In this document: piece by piece, positions 1 to 9,936 of the stretch
Layout: every line of letters begins with the position of its first letter
Position numbering within the stretch: position 1 is the first letter of the stretch
Notes under the pieces: generated by a model
Told to the model about the DNA's origin: nothing
What the model saw: the letters and a program-made list of their open reading frames with translations, nothing else
Database searches by the model: none
Assembly: GCA_963749075.1 (NCBI GenBank)
Contig: CAVVLJ010000004.1
Span: forward strand, 32,001 to 96,000
DNA: 64,000 nucleotides
Direction of reading: 5' to 3'
Source of the DNA: an uncultured Pseudomonadota bacterium
Lineage (GTDB): Bacteria > Pseudomonadota > Alphaproteobacteria > JACZXZ01
Program-made: the position numbers and the translations under genes

Positions 1-566
1 GCCCGCCGCGCCCCCTCCGCCCCCTTGGGCAGAAGCTCGCCCGCGACCGAGCGGCGCAAGAGGCGCACGATGGTGTCGACGATCGGGTTGTTGGGGGCGC
101 GGTAGAAGCGCGCGAGCGGCAGGCCGCGCTGGGTGGCGCCGAGCGAGGCGAGCTCCCAGTTGCCGATATGGGCCGAGAAGAAGATGCCGGTCTTGCCGTC
201 GTCGCGCAGGCGGTCGACGTGCTCGGCGCCGATCACCTCGACGCGCGAGCCGGGCTCATAGAGCCGGAAGCGGCCGAGATGGGGATACTCGCCGATGACG
301 CGGCCGAGGTTGTCCCACATGGCGAGGTGGATGCGCTGGATCTCGGCCTCCGGCTTCTCGGGGAAGGCGCGGCGGAGGTTGGCGAGCGCCTGGCGGGCCA
401 CGGGAAGGCGCGGGCCGATCCCGCGGCAGAGCCGGCCGCCGAGCGCCGAGGCGGCATCGAGCGGCACCAGGCGGAAGAGGGCGAGGCCGAGGGTGAGTGC
501 CAATGCCTCGAGCCCGCGCATGAGGTCGAGGAGGAGGCGGGCGAGCGGCGTGCCGTGCTCAGCCAT
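1..566 (-). CDS. lpxL: Lipid A lauroyl/palmitoleoyl acyltransferase (LpxL/HtrB family), runs off window start
   Basis: Manual translation from ATG at 566: MAEHGTPL...NLRRAFPEK...MWDNLGRVIGEYPHL...GIFFSAHIGNWE (HxxNWE acyltransferase motif); overlaps the lpxK stop. Confidence 0.85.
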   Translation of the reverse strand, partial: MAEHGTPLARLLLDLMRGLEALALTLGLALFRLVPLDAASALGGRLCRGIGPRLPVARQALANLRRAFPEKPEAEIQRIHLAMWDNLGRVIGEYPHLGRFRLYEPGSRVEVIGAEHVDRLRDDGKTGIFFSAHIGNWELASLGATQRGLPLARFYRAPNNPIVDTIVRLLRRSVAGELLPKGAEGARR

Positions 567-1539
567 GGCCGCTTGCGAGCGGGCGCAGCAGGCGATCGAG
601 TGCCGCGGGCTCGCGCCAGGCGAGGCGCACGCTCACCGTCTTGACCATGGCCCGCGCCTCCTCTGGGAAGCGCACCAGGTCCTTCTCCGTCGTCACCGGC
701 TCGGCGCCGAGCGAGGCCGCCTCCTCCACGAGGCGCATGATCTCGTCGGGGCTATAGGCGTGGTGGTCGGCGAAGCCGTAGCGCCGCATGACGCGGCAGC
801 CAAGCTCCTCGAGGGTGGCGAAGAACTTCTGCGGCCGGCCGATGCCGGCAAAGGCGAGCACGCGTTTGCCGCTGAGCGCGCGGGCGGCCGCGTCGGGCAC
901 GAGCTCTGCCTCGAGGAGCGGCAGGCGGCCCGCGAGGAGGGCGGCGAGGCGGCGCTCGTCGGGGCCGACGACGACCGCCGCCTGGACGCGCGCGAGCGCG
1001 TGCGGAAGCGTCTCGCGCAAGGGCCCCGCCGGGATCACCCGGCCGTTGCCGAAGCCGTAGCCGCCGTCGACGACGAGGAGCGAGAGATCCTTGGCAAGCC
1101 AAGGATTCTGCAGGCCGTCGTCCATGATCACGGGATCGGCGCCCGCCGCGGCCGCGCGCGCGGCACCCGCCGCCCGGTCGCGCGACACCCAGGTGGGTGC
1201 CGTAGCGGCGAGGAGGAGCGCCTCGTCGCCCACCTCGCGGAAGCTATGCGAGGCCGGATCGACGCGGAGCGGCCCCTTGAGGCGCCCGAGGTAGCCGCGC
1301 AAAAGGAAGTGCGGCGTGCGGCCGGCGGCCTGGAACCAGGCGGCGAGCGAGAGCGCCACCGGCGTCTTGCCGGCGCCGCCCGCGGTCAAGTTGCCGACGC
1401 AGACGACCGGGCGCGCGAGCTTGAGCGGGCGGGCGAGCGAGGCGCGCAGCCGGCCCGCGCGATCGTAGAGCCCGCCCAAGGGTGCCAGGAGCGCGGCAAG
1501 CGGGCTCTCCCGCCGGTGCCAGAACTCAGGCGCGCGCAC
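559..1539 (-). CDS. lpxK: Tetraacyldisaccharide 4'-kinase
   Basis: VGNLTAGGAGKTP P-loop, GDEALLLA, MDDGLQ, PAGPLRE, FADHH and TTEKD motifs. Confidence 0.95.
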   Translation of the reverse strand: MRAPEFWHRRESPLAALLAPLGGLYDRAGRLRASLARPLKLARPVVCVGNLTAGGAGKTPVALSLAAWFQAAGRTPHFLLRGYLGRLKGPLRVDPASHSFREVGDEALLLAATAPTWVSRDRAAGAARAAAAGADPVIMDDGLQNPWLAKDLSLLVVDGGYGFGNGRVIPAGPLRETLPHALARVQAAVVVGPDERRLAALLAGRLPLLEAELVPDAAARALSGKRVLAFAGIGRPQKFFATLEELGCRVMRRYGFADHHAYSPDEIMRLVEEAASLGAEPVTTEKDLVRFPEEARAMVKTVSVRLAWREPAALDRLLRPLASGHG

Positions 1540-2827
1540 GGCCCGCCTCGCGCAAGGCCGCGAGCGGCGAGAGCTCGGCCGCGAGGGCGGCGATCACGCC
1601 GTCGAGCACGCCGCGCCCGGCCTCGGCCACGCGCTTTGCCGCGGCTCCTCGGCGCGCCGCGAGTGCGGGGTCCGCGAGGAGCGCTGCCACGGCCTCGGCG
1701 AGCGTCACGGCGTCGGCCACCTCCTCGCTGCCGCCGGCGGCGTCGAGCTCGGCGGCGATGGCGCGGAAATTTTCCACGTGCGGGCCATGGATGAGGGCGC
1801 AGCCGAGGCGCGCCGGCTCGAGCAGGTTCTGGCCGCCGTGGGGGACGAGCGAGCCGCCCATGAAGACCACCCGCGAGAGGCGGAAGAAGAGGCCGAGCTC
1901 GCCCATGGTGTCGGCAAGGTAGATGTCGGTCGCCGCCGCCACCGCCTCCTTCTGCGAGCGCCGCGCCACGGCCAGGCCGCGGGAGGCGTAGGCCGCGCGC
2001 ATCTCCGGACCGCGCGCCGGATGGCGCGGCACCACGATCGTAAGGAGGGTGGGATGAAGCGCCTTGATGCGGCGGTGCGCCTCGGCAAGGGCTGCATCCT
2101 CGCCCGCGTGCGTGCTCGCCGCGAGCCAGCGCGGCCGCTGGCCGAGCGCCTTGGCGAGTGCGGCAAGCTCATGCGCATCGGCGGGCAGCGCCTCGGCGTC
2201 GTACTTGAGCGAGCCCGTCACCGTCACCTCCGAGGCGCCCAGGCTCGCGTAGCGCGCCGCATCCGCCTCGCTCTGCGCGAGCACCCGCCGGAAGCGGGCG
2301 AGGAGCGGGCGGATGACGGGCCCCCAGCGCCGCCAGCTCGCGAAGGAGCGCTCCGACATGCGCGCATTGACGAGCACCATGGGGATGCCAAGTGCTGCCG
2401 TCTCGTACACGAGGTTGGGCCACAGCTCCGACTCGATCCAGAGGGCGAGGTCGGGCCGCCAGTGGAGGAGGAAGCGGCGCACCCAGCGCAAGCGGTCGAG
2501 CGGCACGTATTGGTGGAAGGCGCGCTCCGGCAGGCGCTCCCCTAAGAGGCGGGCCGAGGTCACGGTGCCGCTCGTCGCCAGCACGCTCGCCTCCGGCAAG
2601 AGTGCCGTGAGCCGCCCGATGAGCGCCAGGGCCAACTGGGCCTCGCCCACGCTCGCGGCGTGCAGCCAGACGAGCGCGCCCGGCGGCCGCGCGCGCGAGG
2701 CGATGCCGCGCCGCTCGGCCAGGCGCGCGCCGTCCTCCTTGCCGCGCGCGCGGCGCAAGGCGAGGAGAGCCTCGAGCGCCGGTGCGGCGAGCTCCGTCGC
2801 GGTGCGATAGAGGCCGAGTGCCGTCAC
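1526..2827 (-). CDS. waaA: 3-deoxy-D-manno-octulosonic acid transferase
   Basis: WLHAASVGE, ESELWPN, VPRHPAR, DTMGELGLF and GGQNLLEPA motifs. Confidence 0.95.
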   Translation of the reverse strand: MTALGLYRTATELAAPALEALLALRRARGKEDGARLAERRGIASRARPPGALVWLHAASVGEAQLALALIGRLTALLPEASVLATSGTVTSARLLGERLPERAFHQYVPLDRLRWVRRFLLHWRPDLALWIESELWPNLVYETAALGIPMVLVNARMSERSFASWRRWGPVIRPLLARFRRVLAQSEADAARYASLGASEVTVTGSLKYDAEALPADAHELAALAKALGQRPRWLAASTHAGEDAALAEAHRRIKALHPTLLTIVVPRHPARGPEMRAAYASRGLAVARRSQKEAVAAATDIYLADTMGELGLFFRLSRVVFMGGSLVPHGGQNLLEPARLGCALIHGPHVENFRAIAAELDAAGGSEEVADAVTLAEAVAALLADPALAARRGAAAKRVAEAGRGVLDGVIAALAAELSPLAALREAGRARA

Positions 2828-3562
2828 TCAGGCGCCCCTTGCCGTGGCCGGCACGCGGTGCACCTCTTCCGCCTCCGGCTCGACGGGCACCGCACCGCAG
2901 AAGAGGTCGGCCTCGCGGGTGAGCGCATTGAGGCGCTCCTCGACGAGACGCCTTGCCGCCTCGAGCGCCTGGGCGCCGGCCGTGGGCGCCACGCGGATCG
3001 GCTCGCCCCAGAGGAAGGTGCCGCGGCTGAACGGGAGTGCGAGCACGAAGCCGTCCCAGCTCGCGAGCACGCGGCGCCGGGCCACCGCATAGGTGCAGGG
3101 GAGGATGGCGACGCCGGCGAGCCGGGCGGCATTGACGAGCCCGGCGCTCGCGCGCATGCGGGGCCCGCGCGGCCCGTCGGGGGTGAAGCCCACGCACTCG
3201 CCCGCCTTGAGCGACTTCACGATGGCGCGCAGCGCCGCACGGCCGCCCTTGCTCGACGAGCCGGCCACCGTGGCGATGCCGAAATGGGTCACCGTCTCGG
3301 CGATGAGCCGGCCGTCGCTGTGGCTCGAGATCAGCATGTTGATGCGCACGCGGCGGTCCCAGCAATAGGGCATCATGAGGAGACGGCCGTGCCAGAAGGC
3401 GAGGATGAAGGGCTCGCCCTTGGCCCAGAGCTGCCGCGGCGCCTCGCCGCCGCGCACGCTCCAGCGGCTCGTCAAATGCACGAAACGGATGTAGAGCGCC
3501 ACGGCCCAGCAAACGATGCGCCGCACCCATGGCCTCCGTGCCGGCGCCTTGAGCAAGTTCAT
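2828..3562 (-). CDS. DUF374 / lysophospholipid acyltransferase family protein
   Basis: C-terminal part of the 947-aa ORF from MNLLKAP: FWHGR, ISSHSDG, GSSSKGG, TPDGPRGP; usual neighbour of waaA. Confidence 0.85.
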   Translation of the reverse strand: MNLLKAPARRPWVRRIVCWAVALYIRFVHLTSRWSVRGGEAPRQLWAKGEPFILAFWHGRLLMMPYCWDRRVRINMLISSHSDGRLIAETVTHFGIATVAGSSSKGGRAALRAIVKSLKAGECVGFTPDGPRGPRMRASAGLVNAARLAGVAILPCTYAVARRRVLASWDGFVLALPFSRGTFLWGEPIRVAPTAGAQALEAARRLVEERLNALTREADLFCGAVPVEPEAEEVHRVPATARGA

Positions 3563-3567
3563 GGCGC

Positions 3568-5394
3568 TCAGGCCCGCGCCCGCGCTCCGCGCTGGCTGAG
3601 ATCCGGGAGTGCCGACACCTCGCCCTCCTCCGCCATCTGCAGGACCCAGAGCCGCGCATAGAGGCCTTTGGCGGCGATGAGCTCGCCGTGGCTGCCGCGC
3701 TCGAGCACGCGGCCGTCCTCGATGACATAGATGAGGTCGGCATCCGCCACGGTCGAGAGGCGGTGCGCCACCACGAGGGTGGTGCGGCCGCGCATGAGCT
3801 CGGCTAATGCTGCCTGCACTTGGCGCTCGCTCTCGCTGTCGAGGGCCGAGGTCGCCTCGTCGAGGAGGAGGATCGGCGCCCCCTTGAGCATGGCGCGCGC
3901 GATGGCGATGCGCTGGCGCTGGCCGCCCGAGAGCCGCACGCCGAGCCCGCCGACCCGCGTGTCGTAGCCCTGCGGCAGCCGCTCGACGAAGTCGTGAGCA
4001 CCCGCCATGGCGGCGGCGCGGGCGATCTCGGCGCGCGTGGCCTCGGGCCGGCCGTAGGCGATGTTGGCGGCGACCGTGTCGTCGAAGAGGCTGATCTCCT
4101 GGGAGACCAGGCCGATGGCCGCGCGCAGCGAGGCGAGCGTCGCCTGGCGCACGTCGATGCCGTCGATCGTCACGCGGCCCGCGTCTACGTCGTAGAAGCG
4201 CGGAATGAGGTTGACGATGGTCGATTTGCCCGCACCCGAGGGGCCGACGAGCGCCACCGTCTTGCCCGCCGGCAGCTCGAGCGTCACGTCGTGGAGTGCG
4301 GACTTGCCCGGCCCGTAGGCGAAGCGCACGCCCTCGAGCCGGACGGCACCTCCGCGCACCGCGAGCGCGGTCGCGTTCGGCCGGTCGACGATCGCGGGTG
4401 CGGCGTCGAGCACGGCGAAGATGCGCTGCGCCGCGGCGAGGCCCTCCTGCAGGCTGGTGTTGAGATTGGCGAGCCGCTTCATCGGCTCGTAGGCGAGGAG
4501 GAGGGCGGTCACGAAGGAGAAGAAGGTGCCCGGCGTGCGCACGCCGTGGATGACCTCGTAGCCGCCGTAGAAGATGACGGCGACGATGGCGAGCCCGCCG
4601 AGGGTCTCCATCACCGGCGAGGAGGCAGCACGGGTGCGCGCCGCCTTCTGCGCCAGACGGAAGAGGTTCTCGATGATGGTGCGGGCGCGGCCGGCCTCGT
4701 AGCGCTCCATGCCGTAGGCCTTGACGTGGCGCGCTCCCTGGAAGGTCTCCTCGAGGAGGGTCATGAACTGGCCCATCTCGGCCTGGGTGCTGGCCGAGAC
4801 GCGGCGCATGCGCCGGCCGAGCCGCGCGATCGGCAGGATCGCGGTCGGGAAGGCGAAGAAGGAGACCAGCGCCAAGACCCAGTCCTGGTAGAACATCACG
4901 GCCACGAGGGCTATGAGGGTGAGGCTGTCCTTGCCGATGCCGGTGAGCGCGTCGGAGACGGCGCCGCGCAGCATGTTGGCGTCGTTGGTGAAGCGCGAGA
5001 CGAGCGTGCCGGTCGGGTTGGCGTGGAAGAAGGCGAGGTCGGCGCCGATCACGTGGTCGAAGAGGCGGCGCTGCACGTCGGCGATGATGCGCATGCCGAC
5101 GTAGTTCATGGTGACCGCCTGGCCGTAGACCGCGAGCCCCTTCACGACGAAGACCGCGAGCACGACGAGGGCGATCTCGCTGAGCCGCTCGGGGTGGCCG
5201 TTGCGGAAGACGTCGTCGAGGATGGGCTCCATGAGCTTGGCGAGGAGCCCCGTGGCACCGGCGGCGAGCGCCATGCAGAGAAGTGCAAAGGCAAGGCGCG
5301 GCACCAGCGGCCGGATCTGGTCGCGCGCCAGGCGGCGCACGAGGGCGAGTGTCGTCGCGTCGAGTGCTACCCTCGCCTTGCTCTTTCTCGACAA
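3568..5394 (-). CDS. msbA: Lipid A export ABC transporter (MsbA family)
   Basis: TM domain plus NBD (GPSGAGKS, LSGGQRQR, LLLDEATSALD); in lipid A cluster; start at TTG 5394 is approximate. Confidence 0.85.
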   Translation of the reverse strand: MSRKSKARVALDATTLALVRRLARDQIRPLVPRLAFALLCMALAAGATGLLAKLMEPILDDVFRNGHPERLSEIALVVLAVFVVKGLAVYGQAVTMNYVGMRIIADVQRRLFDHVIGADLAFFHANPTGTLVSRFTNDANMLRGAVSDALTGIGKDSLTLIALVAVMFYQDWVLALVSFFAFPTAILPIARLGRRMRRVSASTQAEMGQFMTLLEETFQGARHVKAYGMERYEAGRARTIIENLFRLAQKAARTRAASSPVMETLGGLAIVAVIFYGGYEVIHGVRTPGTFFSFVTALLLAYEPMKRLANLNTSLQEGLAAAQRIFAVLDAAPAIVDRPNATALAVRGGAVRLEGVRFAYGPGKSALHDVTLELPAGKTVALVGPSGAGKSTIVNLIPRFYDVDAGRVTIDGIDVRQATLASLRAAIGLVSQEISLFDDTVAANIAYGRPEATRAEIARAAAMAGAHDFVERLPQGYDTRVGGLGVRLSGGQRQRIAIARAMLKGAPILLLDEATSALDSESERQVQAALAELMRGRTTLVVAHRLSTVADADLIYVIEDGRVLERGSHGELIAAKGLYARLWVLQMAEEGEVSALPDLSQRGARARA

Positions 5395-6037
5395 GCGCTC
5401 GCAACCCCTCTCGACGCGGTGCCGGATGCTCGAGCCCCGGCCATCCGTTGGATGATATACGCGGAACGCCCCCGGACCCGCACGCCGCCGCCGGCGGAGA
5501 CCATGCGGCCACCGCCTCTCGCCGTTCCGAGAGACGTCCGGCCGCGGCGGCGAAGCCACCATACCATGCGCCGCCGCCTGCGGCCAACCGCTTGATGTCA
5601 GGCGGGTTTTCCGGCGGGACCCGGCGCCGGCGGCGGGCCGTGGCGGGCGCGTCCGGCGCCGTGATGATCAACAGCGGGCTCGTGCTCGATCGACTATGAA
5701 CCGTTGCGCAGCAGGCCGCAGCCGCGTGGCACCCCTAGCCGCTCGATGCAACACGGGAGGCGATCGGCTCGTGCATAGTCGTAAATCATTGCGCAATCCT
5801 GCGCCGGAGTTCTGCAAAAAATGCCCTTTGATCCTAGGCGCACAGTGCTGGTGCGTTGTTGTTAACTTGTGCGCCAAGCATCGGTTGAGAGTGGGATACG
5901 CCACGGCCCTTCCAAAAAGGTGGATCTTAGAGCAAACTTCGGGAAACCCCGCTGCGGTAGCCGCGTTTCGGCGGCCGCGGTCAAGGTCTATTCGATCGTG
6001 CACCTATGTCAGTGCCGCGATCCAGAGGCGAGCTACG

Positions 6038-6307
6038 GTGAGCGCGTCGAACAGCGATGCCGAGGAAGGCGTCTTGCTCTCTGCGGACCTGCTCGGGCTG
6101 CTCCAGCAGAACGGCGTCCGAATTGATGACGTGCTCGCCCGCGGTGGCGCTGGCGAACTCTCGCGCTCGTCGGACCCGGCCGTTCCGAGCGGCGCGCGAG
6201 GCGACTTGACCGTGCATGTCGGCGCCGTCGTGGCTGCGAAGGGGTCGGTCATCGGGGAAATCCCGGATTTGATGTCAGGATCGCGAAGCGGCGCAGCACG
6301 TCTATGA
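6038..6307 (+). CDS. Hypothetical protein (~89 aa), first gene of accessory operon
   Basis: GTG start after a purine-rich stretch; stop overlaps next ATG (ATGA at 6304-6307); no recognisable motif. Confidence 0.4.
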   Translation: MSASNSDAEEGVLLSADLLGLLQQNGVRIDDVLARGGAGELSRSSDPAVPSGARGDLTVHVGAVVAAKGSVIGEIPDLMSGSRSGAARL

Positions 6308-6906
6308 AGCGATCTGCAATCGTCATGGCTTCGGCAGTGCTCGCGCTCTGTCTCGGCGGCAATGGAACGGTTGCAGGAGACAAGCCCAATGACGCGCAAA
6401 GCAAACCGCCAAAGGAGATTGATTACGCTGTCGAATCGTCGATTGGCGTCGCGCATCTGACCGTCCGGCCTGCGACGGCAAGCGTGCTGTTTTGGATCGA
6501 CGATACCCCCGGCAAAGTGGTTCCTATCGCCATACAAGCTACATTGGCGGGTTCTCTCCTGGGCAAGTTTGTTAGCGAGCATGGCACTCCTGCGCGTTTG
6601 TTCGTCGTATTCAAGGACACGGCCGAATTGTTCAAACGGCTCGGCGAAGCCGCTCTCGAGGCGGCCGAATGGAACGCGATGACCGGCCAACCGAGAAACC
6701 GCACTGTGAGCAGATTCGTTGTTGACGAGATCAACGCCGAGCATCTTACCCGCGAGCTCGATGACAGCTTCGCCTCTGCCGGATATGAGCTGAAAGCGGA
6801 GAGCGCGGAGGAGATTATCGTAGGATCGCTTCGCGGTGGCAACGCCACCGCAGTTCCGATATCCGGCGTCGTCGGGTTTATTGCAACAAGGGTAGCGCCG
6901 CAATGA
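6304..6906 (+). CDS. Hypothetical exported protein, candidate amidase immunity protein
   Basis: N-terminal signal peptide (MKRSAIVMASAVLALCLGG...); ATGA-coupled to downstream Tae4-like gene. Confidence 0.7.
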   Translation: MKRSAIVMASAVLALCLGGNGTVAGDKPNDAQSKPPKEIDYAVESSIGVAHLTVRPATASVLFWIDDTPGKVVPIAIQATLAGSLLGKFVSEHGTPARLFVVFKDTAELFKRLGEAALEAAEWNAMTGQPRNRTVSRFVVDEINAEHLTRELDDSFASAGYELKAESAEEIIVGSLRGGNATAVPISGVVGFIATRVAPQ

Positions 6907-7421
6907 CAACCTGCATGCCGTGCTTTGAGGATCTCATGGACAATTACCCAGATGATCCTTCCGCGGACGCGGTGAAACTGCTGATCGGCGGGGCTGTCAA
7001 CTCCTCTTGGATCACAAATACATGCGCCATCCGGCTCTCCCGCGCATTCAACATGACGGGAGTAAAGTTAAGGAAGCACGACAGTCCCTTTATGCACACG
7101 GTGTTGGGCGCCGATGGGAACGAATATGCATATAGGGTCCGCGAAATGCGGCCTTGGATTTTAGCGAAATTCGGCCCCCCTACGATCGATCTCAGGGGCG
7201 GCGCCGTTCGGTCGAAATTCTCGAGCCTCGTCGGTGTCATCGCATTCGACATCCACTTCCACGATGCGACCGGACACCTCGACCTGTGGGACGGCAGTCA
7301 TTACGTGCATGAGAACGCAGACAACCGCGATTACTTTGTGATGGCGACCAGAACAATGGTTTGGGTTGCTCCACAGAGAGGCGACTATCCTGCCGTCGGC
7401 GGATCCAGCCGTTACGGCTGA
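6903..7421 (+). CDS. Tae4-family (T6SS-type) peptidoglycan amidase
   Basis: Catalytic Cys motif NTCAIRLS, YRVRE and His motif DATGHLDLWDG characteristic of Tae4. Confidence 0.85.
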   Translation: MTTCMPCFEDLMDNYPDDPSADAVKLLIGGAVNSSWITNTCAIRLSRAFNMTGVKLRKHDSPFMHTVLGADGNEYAYRVREMRPWILAKFGPPTIDLRGGAVRSKFSSLVGVIAFDIHFHDATGHLDLWDGSHYVHENADNRDYFVMATRTMVWVAPQRGDYPAVGGSSRYG

Positions 7422-7429
7422 ACGGCATG

Positions 7430-7687
7430 CTATTCATGGTTCGATCCGGGCCATCGTGCGGTTAATTCGAGGCCGGCGCGGTGGTTCAGGTCGATCTTCA
7501 ACGGCTCGACCATACGCTTTATTCTGCGCCTGAGGGTGCTCCAATTTTTGCCACTGTGCGGATGCTGGTTTACTTGCCATGCGGGACTCCTACAATAATT
7601 TCGGGCGTAGGTGCGCGGGCTACCCATTTCCCATTCTGCTGCCACAGACGCGCGCTCAGCCTTGGCGAGGAAGTCCGCGGCGCTCAC
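7430..7687 (-). pseudogene. Truncated HEPN-domain toxin remnant
   Basis: GTG start overlaps the MNT stop (GTGA); first ~14 residues MSAADFLAKAERAS resemble a HEPN N-terminal helix, then the sequence becomes unrelated and lower-GC. Confidence 0.5.
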
Positions 7688-8058
7688 GGCGTGATGCCGT
7701 CGCGGACGATTTCCTTCGTGAGTTCCGGGTTTGCGGAGACTTCGGGGTTGCGCAGGGCGTCTTCGTCGACGGGCCACGGCTCCACATAGAGTCCGGTTTC
7801 GAGAAGGATGTCGTAAGTATCCTCGGCAATCGCGCGTTGCAGCCACCAGCGATTGCCGATCGGCCCGCGCATGACAACCGCCTCGTCGGCGTCGCCGTCG
7901 GGCTCGTTGTCGCCGCGTGCCCTGCTGCCGAAGAGGATCAGCTTGAGGTACTTGCCGCCGAACCTTGCCGTAAGACGGCGGTCAAGCTCGTGCAAAGCCG
8001 AGCGGACGACTTGGCCGTCGATCTTTCCCCACGCCAGTCTTTCATCGACGTTGACCAT
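7684..8058 (-). CDS. Minimal nucleotidyltransferase (MNT) antitoxin
   Basis: LILFGSRARGD...DGDAD motif and C-terminal EIVRDGI. Confidence 0.8.
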   Translation of the reverse strand: MVNVDERLAWGKIDGQVVRSALHELDRRLTARFGGKYLKLILFGSRARGDNEPDGDADEAVVMRGPIGNRWWLQRAIAEDTYDILLETGLYVEPWPVDEDALRNPEVSANPELTKEIVRDGITP

Positions 8059-8122
8059 TATGGCCGCCCTTTTACCACCTGCCGAGGCATGCGTCACGCG
8101 CGCTGCAAGCGCACTCCCACGC

Positions 8123-9166
8123 TCAACCGTGCGCCACAGCACCCGCGAGCGCCGCCGCCGGCCGGTCGAGCGGCCGGAGATTGTCGAGGAACTGCTCGGC
8201 GCAGGCCTCCCAGGAGAAGCGCTGGGCGTAGGCGACGCAGGTGCTTCTCGGGATGGCGAGCGCCTTGAGGCAGGCGGCCGCGAGATCCTCGTCGAGGGCG
8301 CCGGTGCCGGTGCTGCCGATCACGTCGAGCGGGCCCGCGACGGGATAGGCGGCGACCGGCAGGCCGGAGGCGAGCGCCTCGAGGAGCACGAGCCCGAAGG
8401 TGTCGGTGCGGCTCGGGAAGACGAAGACGTCGCTTGCGGCGTAGTGGCGCGCGAGCTCCTCGCCCGCTTTCGCGCCGACGTAGAGGGCGCCCGGGTATTT
8501 GCGCCGGAGCTCGAGGAGGCTCGGCCCGTCGCCCACCACGAGCTTGCTGCCGGGGAGCTCGAGCTCGAGGAAGGCGGCGACGTTCTTCTCGACGGCGACG
8601 CGGCCGACGTAGAGCCAGATCGGGCGCGCGAGGTGGTCGAGGAAGCGGCACTCGCGCGGGCGGAAGAGGGCGGTGTCGACGCCGCGCGTCCACGGGAGGA
8701 TGTTGCGGAAGCCGCGCGCCTCGAGCTCGCGGCGCACGGTGGGGGTCGCCACCATGGTGCCCGCGCCGGCATTGTGGAAGCGCCTGAGCCAGGCATAGAC
8801 GAAGCGGGTCGGCACGAGGAAGCGCGCGTTCACGTATTCGGGAAAGCGCGTGTGGTACGAGGTGGTGAAGCTCAAGCCGCGCGCGAGGCAGAGGCGGCGT
8901 GCTGCGATGCCGAGCGGGCCCTCGGTCGCGATGTGGATGGCGCCGTGGCCGAGCTCCTCGAGCGCCCTAGCAACCCGACGTGCCGGGAACATGCTGAGAC
9001 GGATCTCGGGGTAGGTCGGGCAGGGCAGCGTGCGGAAGCCCTGGGGCGTTAAGAGCGCCACCTCGTGGCCGCGGCGCCCGAGGATCGCGGCGATGGTCTC
9101 GATCGTGCGCACCACCCCGTTCACCTGGGGGTACCAGGCGTCGGTCACCAGGAGGACCCGCATCAT
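8123..9166 (-). CDS. GT4 glycosyltransferase (Agt-like glycolipid synthase)
   Basis: TDAWYPQVNGVVRT, HIATEGPLG, YHTRFPEY, FPSRTDTFGLVLLEALASG; ATGA-coupled to upstream phosphoesterase. Confidence 0.85.
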   Translation of the reverse strand: MMRVLLVTDAWYPQVNGVVRTIETIAAILGRRGHEVALLTPQGFRTLPCPTYPEIRLSMFPARRVARALEELGHGAIHIATEGPLGIAARRLCLARGLSFTTSYHTRFPEYVNARFLVPTRFVYAWLRRFHNAGAGTMVATPTVRRELEARGFRNILPWTRGVDTALFRPRECRFLDHLARPIWLYVGRVAVEKNVAAFLELELPGSKLVVGDGPSLLELRRKYPGALYVGAKAGEELARHYAASDVFVFPSRTDTFGLVLLEALASGLPVAAYPVAGPLDVIGSTGTGALDEDLAAACLKALAIPRSTCVAYAQRFSWEACAEQFLDNLRPLDRPAAALAGAVAHG

Positions 9167-9936
9167 TCCGCCGCCTGGGAAAGGGCGAGCTGACGCGCCT
9201 CGGTCCAATGCAGGATCTCGAGCTTGCCCGAGGGGTGCTCGACCAGGGCCGTGCAGCTCTCGACCCAGTCGCCGTCGTTGCAATAGAGGATGCCGTCGAT
9301 CATGCGCATCTCGGCCTTGTGGATGTGGCCGCAGATGACGCCGTCGGCACCCCGCTTGCGCGCCTCGGCGGCCACCGCCTCCTCGTAGTCGGAGACGTAC
9401 TCGACCGCGTTCTTGACCTTGTTCTTGAGATAGGCGGAGAGCGACCAGTAGGGATAGCCGAGGCGCCGGCGCGCCAGGTTGACCCAGTGATTGAGCGAGA
9501 GGCAGAGGGTATAGGCCCAGTCGCCGAGGAGCGCCAGCCAGCGCGCGTATTTGACGACGCCGTCGAACTTGTCGCCGTGCAGCACGAGGAGCTTCTTGCC
9601 GTCCGCCGTCTCGTGCATGTGCTCATCGAGCACGGTGATGCCGCCCAAGACCACGCCGGCATAGTCGCGCAGCGCCTCGTCGTGGTTGCCGGGGACGTAG
9701 ATCACGCGCGTGCCCTTGCGCGCCTTGCGCAGCACCTTCTGGATCACGTCGTTGTGCGCCTGCGCCCAGAACCAGGAGCGCTTGAGGCGCCAGCCGTCGA
9801 CGATGTCGCCCACGAGATAGAGATACGTGGACTCGTTGTGCTTGAGGAAATCGAGGAGATACTCGGCCTTGCAGCCCCGCGTGCCGAGATGGATATCCGA
9901 TATCCAGATGGTCCGGTAGCGATTCACTCCGCTCAT
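9163..9936 (-). CDS. Metallophosphoesterase of LpxH/PlcP family (probable phospholipase C PlcP)
   Basis: SDIHLG, GDIVDGW, GNHDE, HGD, CGHIH and NDGDWVES motifs; adjacent to GT4. Confidence 0.85.
   Translation of the reverse strand: MSGVNRYRTIWISDIHLGTRGCKAEYLLDFLKHNESTYLYLVGDIVDGWRLKRSWFWAQAHNDVIQKVLRKARKGTRVIYVPGNHDEALRDYAGVVLGGITVLDEHMHETADGKKLLVLHGDKFDGVVKYARWLALLGDWAYTLCLSLNHWVNLARRRLGYPYWSLSAYLKNKVKNAVEYVSDYEEAVAAEARKRGADGVICGHIHKAEMRMIDGILYCNDGDWVESCTALVEHPSGKLEILHWTEARQLALSQAAE

Noticed and set aside
2828-5671. 947-aa ORF
   Set aside because: Only the last 244 aa are a real gene; the rest is an off-frame read-through of msbA, typical of high-GC DNA.
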